Source: a virus. From it: a stretch of DNA of 64,000 nt. The notes beneath the pieces were generated by a model. It was not told the origin of the DNA and searched no databases. It saw only the letters and a list, made by a program, of their open reading frames with translations. The position numbers were made by a program, and so were the translations under genes. The stretch covers positions 1-64,000 of IMG/VR virus record IMGVR_UViG_3300012936_000008, one strand, 5' to 3'. Shown here in pieces: positions 33,601 to 42,600 of this stretch; within the stretch, counting starts at the first letter, position 1; every line of letters starts with the position of its first letter.

Positions 33601-36600
33601 TATATCCCTTACCAGGATCAGTCAGGGCAACATCACTGATAGCACCAGATCCAGTCTCGGCGTCAAGTTCAATAGTGATATTACAGAGACCACCTTCACC
33701 ATCGCCATCGATAGGAATCTGAGTGTATACACCAGGTGCATATTCAGTACCTTCGGCAGTAACACGAAGTTTTTCGATCTTACGGTCAGAAGAGATGTCT
33801 TGGATGACAGGCAGTTTCTTATAGAATCCACCAGGAGAAATCAACTTAATAGAGTTGATAGGACCGATTGCCTTGGTAGAAGTCGTTGAATAGATCGTAT
33901 TCGGGACATCTTGGTCATCTAGACCGATTTCAGCGTTAGTGAACTCAGGTTCAGTCAGAAGTGGGAATCTAAACTCGGTATCGCTAAGAACTTCGGTAAT
34001 AGTGAATCTACCGTCGAATGGAGTCTTAATAACGTCAATGAAGGAGTTTGTGCCGACAGGAGACGTTTCACCAGTTCTAGACGGGTCAAAGTAGTAAGTA
34101 ATGTTAGTAACTTCTCCACCAATCGTAAATTTGACCACAGGGGTCTCAGTGGCAGAAGAAAGTCCAGGAGTACCTTCACGTTCGATAACGTTGAAGGAAT
34201 ATTCTAGTTTGAACTGATTATCTTGTGCAAACGACAGATAGTAACCGAAGTTAGAAACATCACTCAAATCAAAGATATAAGAGTGGTTTCTGACTAGCAG
34301 AAGCGTCGGGTGCTTCGATGCAATCTTCACACGAGAAATAGCGCCCTGCAAGAAGAGAGGATCGGCATCTGCCGTTGAACGCATTCTGTAAATGAAATCT
34401 CTGGAAGAGAATACCTCTTTTACGAAGAATGAACCGTTGAACTGATCAGTAGTAAATCCTTCGACAAACAGGATGTCATTAACATTAAAGTTGTGTGGAG
34501 ACAGTGCAGAACAGTAAATAAGGTCAGTTCTGTTCTCAGCAGTTCTGATAATGTCCTTATTAAGATTAACAGTCAGTCTGATAGAACTAACAGTGTTCAG
34601 ACCAGCAACTTCTGCAATCTTGTCGTCAGTGTCCTCTTTGATGCCAGCAGTGATGCTATTACCCAAAGAAACCACGTCACCAATAATAAAGTCAGATCCA
34701 GGATAAGTATTCAGGATTGTGACTCTATAATCCGACAAACTGAACGGACGGAAGGATGCATAGTTTTGGAGTGGATCATATGTACTAGTGTATGTCCATG
34801 TAACGGAATTATCAGTGGCAGTTCCCGTTGTATGTGTAGGAGCGACTGTACCACTAGTACCAGCAACTGTACAGGTATACTTGTTTCTTCCGAAGTATAC
34901 AGTGTCGTTCAGTGAATAAGATCTAGTTTCTGCCCAAGGATCTGCATCAGTAGGAGTAGGCCAAGGATAATCAAGCAGATTAACTTCGATGTTAGGTGCA
35001 GCACTAATATACTGCCAGATAACACTACCATCAGTTACAGCACCGATCTCATGAGTTGGAGCAGTAGATCCAGAGGTTGCAGTGTTAGTTGCATAGTAGA
35101 TCTTACCGTCAGACCAAACTTGCTCGTTTGTAGTGTATGCTTTGCTTGCTTCCCATGCTGGTTGACTACGAGTTACATCGAATGAAATTTCATCGATTCT
35201 ATTCTCTTCACCGAGTTCATTTTGGAACTTATTAGTATTATTGAAGTTTCCATAGATCTTACCAACCTTATAGGTGGTTCCAAGACCAGGATTGTCAATA
35301 CTACCAACAGGAACCTCAACAATAGTACCGTATGCTTGTACAACACCGATATTGTTTACCTGCTGGATAATCGATCCTTTTTCAAACTTAATATCCTGGT
35401 TGAAGACGAATTCCTTAACAGCATCGATCTTCTGATAACCAGCATCTCTGAGATAGTATTTTGGCAGTACAACAGGTTCGATGATCAACTTTCTACCCAG
35501 AGGAGTAGGAATTGTTGATGTCTTAGTAGAATAGGTGTATCTGTCCTGAACAAAGGTATAAGTACCAGGTGCAAGAGTCGAGATTACATCAGAGTAGTCA
35601 AGAATCTGTAAACCAGAGGAACCGACCGACCAGACAGTAATAACAGGGTTGGAGAGGTTATTAACGTTAATACCACCACTACCAGAGTCAATATCTTCTA
35701 GACGCAGGTTCTCGCCGCTTCTAGCACTGCTAGACGGGGTATATGTACCTCTCTTAGAGTGCAGACGGTCAAACTTGATCAGTTCGATGTCACTATCAGT
35801 TGTAGTGATTCTGTACTGCTCAGTAGGCACTTGGAGGGATGCACCAGTGTAAACTGCCTTAGGATCAACAACCAGATCGTCGATATTGCCTAAGAAGGTG
35901 TTACCAATCAGAGGACCACTCTGAGAAGCACCAACAGTAAGGTCATTCATCACAACATCGTTGACAGTGATCGCAGTAGCGACTTGAACACCATCAAAGT
36001 AGCAAGAGTAGACATATGAACCCAAAGTGGGTTCTTCCTTCACCAGAGCAATGTGATGCCACTGACTATCGGACATAGCAGTCCAATAGGTAGAACCAAC
36101 AGACCAAACAGTCGTAGAACCGCCACTGACGGGGTTAATCTCCAAAGCAACCTTACCAAAGTTGCCATCATTGGAATCACCTTGGATAACGAACTGAACA
36201 TCAGCACCAGCATCGTCAACCGCCGTAATCATGTTGATACGGGGGTTATTAGCGGTATGAGTCGATTCCATACGGACCCACATGACAACAGTCCAGTCAT
36301 CATTGAGATTTAAGTCCTGCCAGACAAGACTATTGGTATCTTGGAATTTAAGGGACCTAGAACCGAACTTATATTGAGTATTATCGGATGCAATCTGTCC
36401 AGCGTTGAATACAGTGATAGAAGCAGCAAGATCTTGCTTCGTAGCATCAGCAGTAAGGTTTACTTCGTCCTCAAAGCGATGTACGACGGTCTGATCAGGA
36501 TTCTGGACCAAAGTTGGGATAAGGATGTCACCAGAGTTGTCAACAGCGTGAGTATTGGTAAAGAAACCAACATCAGTAGCAGTTTTCCAAATATCGGTCT

Positions 36601-39600
36601 GATTCAGCAGTGTTCCATCATATTTGAAGCTGGCAATGTTACCAGTCAGTTCATTGTCACTATATTTGATCTCAGTAACGACATTTACGTTACCAAACAC
36701 ATCGGTAGTGATACCAGAGTGTTTGATGCTCTCAAAAGTGACAGTAGGTGCCATGATCTTGGCAAATTGCCATTCAGGAGCAGCAGCAGTCAGTTTAATC
36801 TGATCCATTGCAATCTTGAAGAATGCAACACCATAGTTCTTGGTGCCATTCCACATATCACACACAAAGAACAGATCATTGTACTCATCGAGCACAAACT
36901 GTGGTCTTTGTACACTACCACCACTGACAGCAAGACGTTTTACATAAGTGAGTTCGATATTAGCGCCATCGTACTCCATCTCACCAAAGATGAGGTCTTC
37001 GTTGTCTCCATCGATGCCACAGAAGATAACTTTGTTGTCTCCGATGTAATGCAGTTGATGCATCTGCTCACCTTCGGAGTTAGAAGCGAACTTACGCTTC
37101 TCAATTACATCACCGAAGTTATTGAGTTGCATAACCCAGATATCATCGGGGTCAGGGGAGTTAGTGTCCGTCCAACCACAAATATAGATCCTTTGCTCGT
37201 CGTCAAGGTGGATATCGCCAGCATAGTCACGGCGAGTTGAACCAGACACACCAGCAATCTCTTTCTGCCATCTCAGGATGCCCTCAGGGTTGTTAGCGTT
37301 GTCTAAACCAGACTCATACTTAGCAACTAGGATGTCAGGGTTATATCCAGAGGTTCCTTGGGATTCAGTCTCACCGATCAGGTAGATAAGAGTGTTCTCT
37401 TCGCTAGTCTCGTCGAGATACATCTTCTTCCAACGTGCTTGCTTGATAGAAGCACTAGGAAGCAAAGATCTGTCCCAAATAACACTACCGAGATCATTGA
37501 ACTTAGCAACGAATGCAGAACTGTCACCATTACTCTGTACCAGTTCACCACAGATGTATAGTTCACGTTCAGCAGTTACTGCTGAGTCATGAATCTTAAA
37601 TTTACCACCTTGTGCCGTCTCTTTGAACAAAGTGGACCAATAGTATGTCTTCTTAAATCTTTGAGGATGTGAAACTCTGATCTGAGGGGGTTCATCAACA
37701 GAATAGTTGAAACCAGAGTTAATAATGTTAACAGCACCGATCTTACCAGTGGTTACATCAAGGTCGATATCAAGTTCAACGTCCTGACCCTGAGGAGAGA
37801 TAATCTCATAAGAGGGAGGGATTGCTTCGTTGTAACCGATACCAGACTGAACGATATTAATCGAATCAATGCCTGTAACAACAGACATGTAGAATCTCTT
37901 ATTGGTATTCTCAGTAATAACCCTAGAATTAACGATCACTTCATCCTGAGCGATCAGTTCATGGTCTACTGTTGTAGTGATTCTACCGTAAGGAATATCA
38001 TTGATAACTTCTTTTCTGTACTGAGCAATACCTGCACCTTGTACAGACTCAACTTGTGCAGAAGCACCAAAACCATCGGTTCCAGTATTATCGAAGAATA
38101 GAGTATCGTTGACCTGATAGGATACACCAGGGTTCTCAATAACAAATCCATCGATCTGAGCATTCTCAAACTTCGTGGTTGTTTCAACTTCGATGTCCAC
38201 TCTGGACTCAGTTGAGACTCTTGGGAAGTAATCATAAATCTGCAATGCCGCTTCTTCGGTCATTACTTGGTTCGTTGCAATCTCATTAGGAGAGATGATA
38301 CCGTCACCATCAATATCCTCAGTTTCAAAGAGGATCAGGTCGCCTTCTCGCTCAGTAACGAGTTGGTCGGACTGTTGGTTAGGTTGACGATCAATATCAA
38401 TGTCAACTTCATCATAGGGATCTCTGAAACGAGAAACATCAGCAGGAATGTTTTCCTGGGTTGCTTGCTGACTCAGGTTCCAGGTATCAACCACAGAGTT
38501 GAACTGAGGTCCAATGATATAAGGGAATACAGGCAGACCTGCTTCCGATGCATCAATAGTAATAAAGTAGGCATAGATGCCATCAGGGAACTCAGGAGTC
38601 TTACAGAAACGACCATTGTAAGGATCCAGGTCGCCCTGTTGGAATGCATACTCATAGTCATCCACAAACTCACCAGGTGGATATGTGGTCAGAGAAGGAC
38701 CATCAATACGAGCAGGAGTAGGATTAGTGTCGATATCATATACAACGTTTGCTTTCAGTCTGTAAGAAGAACGCATTCTTCTGATACCACCACTCTGGTC
38801 GGTAGGATCGATGTAACCATAAGGTCCATAGATCGGACTTCCATCAAATGCCCAACCAAGAATAGGAGAGTGGGTGATAGCAGCACCAGTCTCGGTGCCT
38901 TCTTCCTTAAAGGTATTAGTCTCGGGGTCGAGGATTACGTTATCACCAACCACATAGCGCAGTTCTTTGGGGTCGGAAACGTGAGCATACTCACCACCAT
39001 ACTGGTTATTGAAACCAGTGAAGACATAACCACGAGCAATATCATACTTGCTGTTCAGTCCATATTCTAGGTTCTTGTTCCACTCGAACACAGATGCTTC
39101 AAATTTAGCATTCATACCAACTGCTTCAAGTCTAACAGTGGTATTACCTTGGGTATATCCAACACCTCTGTTAGTAATCTGCACAGAGATGACCTTACCC
39201 TTATCTTCACCGAGGGTGCCGATAACAGCAGTTGCCTGAGCACCGAAACCATCACCATTAATGTAAATCGTGGGGGCAGTTGTATACCCCTCACCGCTAT
39301 TAATAATAGCGATAGAAACCAAACGACCATTAATAACGATAGGTTGTGCCAGAGCACCTTCACCAGAGTTCAGTTTGATAGTAGGAGTTGATGTATAACC
39401 ACTACCTCTGTTAGAAAGAACAACACCAGAGATAGGACCACGTACTTGTGCAGTAGCAAGAGCACCAGCACCGCCACCACCAGTGATAGAGATAGTAGGT
39501 TGAGAAGTATAACCAGTACCAGGGTTACCAACCAGAACACGAGTTACACGACCGTTGGTAACAACTGCCTGTGCAGTTGCACCAGATCCACCACCACCAA

Positions 39601-42600
39601 CGATAGAGATCAGAGGTTGATCAGTATATCCACTACCTTCGTTAGTAACATCAACACTAGAAAGTGAACCGTTAACGATTACAGATGCAGCAGCACCGCT
39701 ACCGCCGCCACCAGAAATTTCAAGTGCAGGTTTGCTACCAGCATCATAGTCCTCACCAGATTCCAGAATCTCAATGCCAGTGATAGGTCCAAAGGTAACA
39801 AACTCCTGATCTTTATATCCCCATGCAGATACACCGTTAACCCATGCACCAATAGGAGTATTGGGTGCAACTGTGGTTCTTGTAGATACAGTCTCAACTC
39901 TCCTAGGGAATCTCAGCAGTTTACGCTGGTTACCTGGGATAAGTGCAGATCCAACGAAAGGACCAACCTTATAGTTGGGCAGACCAGAAGCAGCAACGTA
40001 AACGTAGTCGTTATTGAAGAAAGAGTTCTGAATGTTAGAAGTAAACAGTGAGATTACTTCATCAATAGTAGTCTGAGTAGACTTACCTCTGTTCAGGTCC
40101 ACAGACAACAGGATATTACCCTGAGGTTCAATATCAGTAGGAACAGGAATCAGATATGAGAAGGTAAACTCATCCAAACGTGCAGTTACCTCAAAGGTGC
40201 CGTTATACACAGCAGGGTTTGCACCATAGATGGTAACAGTGTCCTCAACCAGCAAACCATGAGGGTTTTCGCAAGTTACAGTAGCAGTTCTGTTAAGACC
40301 ACCAGGAATGATGCCTGAAACCTTAATAAGTTTCTTAACGTTGTACAACCAGGACTGCAAACGCTCATCTTCGTCAGTAGAACCCAATGCAGCAACATTT
40401 AACTTGTCACCAGGCAGATAATAGGAACCACTGTCTTCCAGAACGGTAGTACCTGCTTCTGCAATACCTAAAATACGAAGTTTGACTTCTGTGCTCTGTC
40501 CACGGTTGGCATATACGAAAATATCGGAATGAATGGTCGTACCAGGATCCCAATCCTCTACAACACCGTTCTTAGAACGAGTACACTCAATAAACTGGTT
40601 CAGAGACTTCTCTTTATACTGAACAGTCTCAATATCGTCAATAATGATCGTACCGTTCTTCTCAGGCCATCCAATAGTCGAGTCAACAGTAATAATACCT
40701 TCTGTTGTGCTCAGAGGTTCAACCAGAACGGTTTTATAAGGAATCTTGAACTCTCCGTTCAGAGTTTCTTCGGAAATAGCAAGTTCGTAGATAACATCAG
40801 TACCTTCGATGATCGAAATTACGTTTTCGATCAAAACTGATGCATCTTTGATATTTTGGTCAACAACATCAGCAGGTTGGATCAACTGAGCGTCAACCAA
40901 GTCCTGAGGATTACCAGAAATCAATTCTGCACGCAAAATGGTGTCAACAACCCAAGATGCAGCAGAAGGGGTGATCATCTCATCCCTAGGATAGTAAACA
41001 TCGATCTGTTCACCGAACAGAATCTTAAATAGGTATTGCGTCGCCTTCTTAGTACCCTTAGATACATAGAAGTCCTTGATTTTCTTGATAACCTTAACAG
41101 GGTTGACCTGAGAGTAGTCGATATCAATCGTAGGCATGTATTGACGACGGAACTTGTCAAATACCTGCGTGATGATCATACTATCAAGGTTATGAACCAC
41201 AGCATTCTCGCTATGACTCGATTGTGCCAGTTGTGTCTCGGCAGCAAAGATCTGGTTATGATAATCGTCGAATGCAGCAACGTCAGAGACGCCACGAGCA
41301 CAACCTTTCAGTGCAGAAGGTTCATATTTACGTCCAGAGGACAAAATAGTGAAACCAGTGACCTCACCGAAACCTACATCACAAGATGCTTGGGAAGCAG
41401 CGGGTTCAGCAATGTAAACTTTGGGTGGTTCGGTATCAGAGTACCCAGTACCAAAGTTAATGATGTTAATATCGGTAATCTCACCGTTAAAGATGGTAGC
41501 AACTGCCTCAGCACCAGTACCACCGATTGATTCACCCAAAGGACCCTTACGGTCGTCAACAATATAGACAGAAGGAGCATCGGTGTAACCAGAACCACCT
41601 GTCAACAGGTTGATGTTAGTTACATTGCCGTTTGCAACGCTTACGTCCAGCACCTGTGCGCCCACAGGTTGAATAATACGAGCACGGGGTGCAGAAGTAT
41701 ACCCTCTACCTCTATTATTGATGGTTACACTAACAACTTGTCCATCAGGTGACACAGAGCAGGATGCTGCTGCATCAATACCATCTTCGGGAGCAGGATC
41801 AATGTAAATTGCAGGAGGATTGCTATAACCAACACCAGTAGCAGTGACTTGGATAGATCCAACAACCAAACGACCCTCAGAGTCGATTACAGGATCGCTA
41901 ATGTCTGCACCATTCGGGTTGATGAAGGTGATAGCAGGAATAAAGTCGTAACCAGAACCAGAGTTAGTGATTTCGATACCAGAGACCATGCCAGTCTCAT
42001 CATCTACCTGAATTGTGGCAGATGCTTGTGATCCATTGATCAAATCAGACGGAGGAGTGATCTGAACAACAGGTGGGTTGTATGAAGTGTAACCCTGACC
42101 ACCTCTGATCAACTGTGCATTCTTAATACCATTGACAAGAGTCCTACCAGCGGCAGCTTCACCGATACCAGTAGAAGAGAAGATAGAAAGTTTAGGTGCA
42201 AAGTTAAGTTCGTAACCTTTACCACCTTCCTTGACAATAATTCTATCAATCTCGCCGTTAGAACCAACTCTGGTAACTGCTTCCGCACCTTGACCAACAG
42301 TAGGTGACACATACTCGATAGAACGAATATGGAAGGTGTCTTGGTTGGAGATATTAACGAAGAATTTAATTCTAGTGTTGTTGTCCGTCAGAACATAGTC
42401 AATATATGGACGTTGAAGGACAGCATTCCTATTGATGATCAAACCGATCTCAGCAATAGGAGAATATGGCAGTGAGTCGTACTCCATAGTCATGGAGTCG
42501 CCACCAGAGAGATCTTCTACTGGTGGGATAACGAGTTCCTTAATAACAGAGTCGGCAAAACCAACATAGTAAAGGATTTGAGTCAGTTCAACTTGATCAT

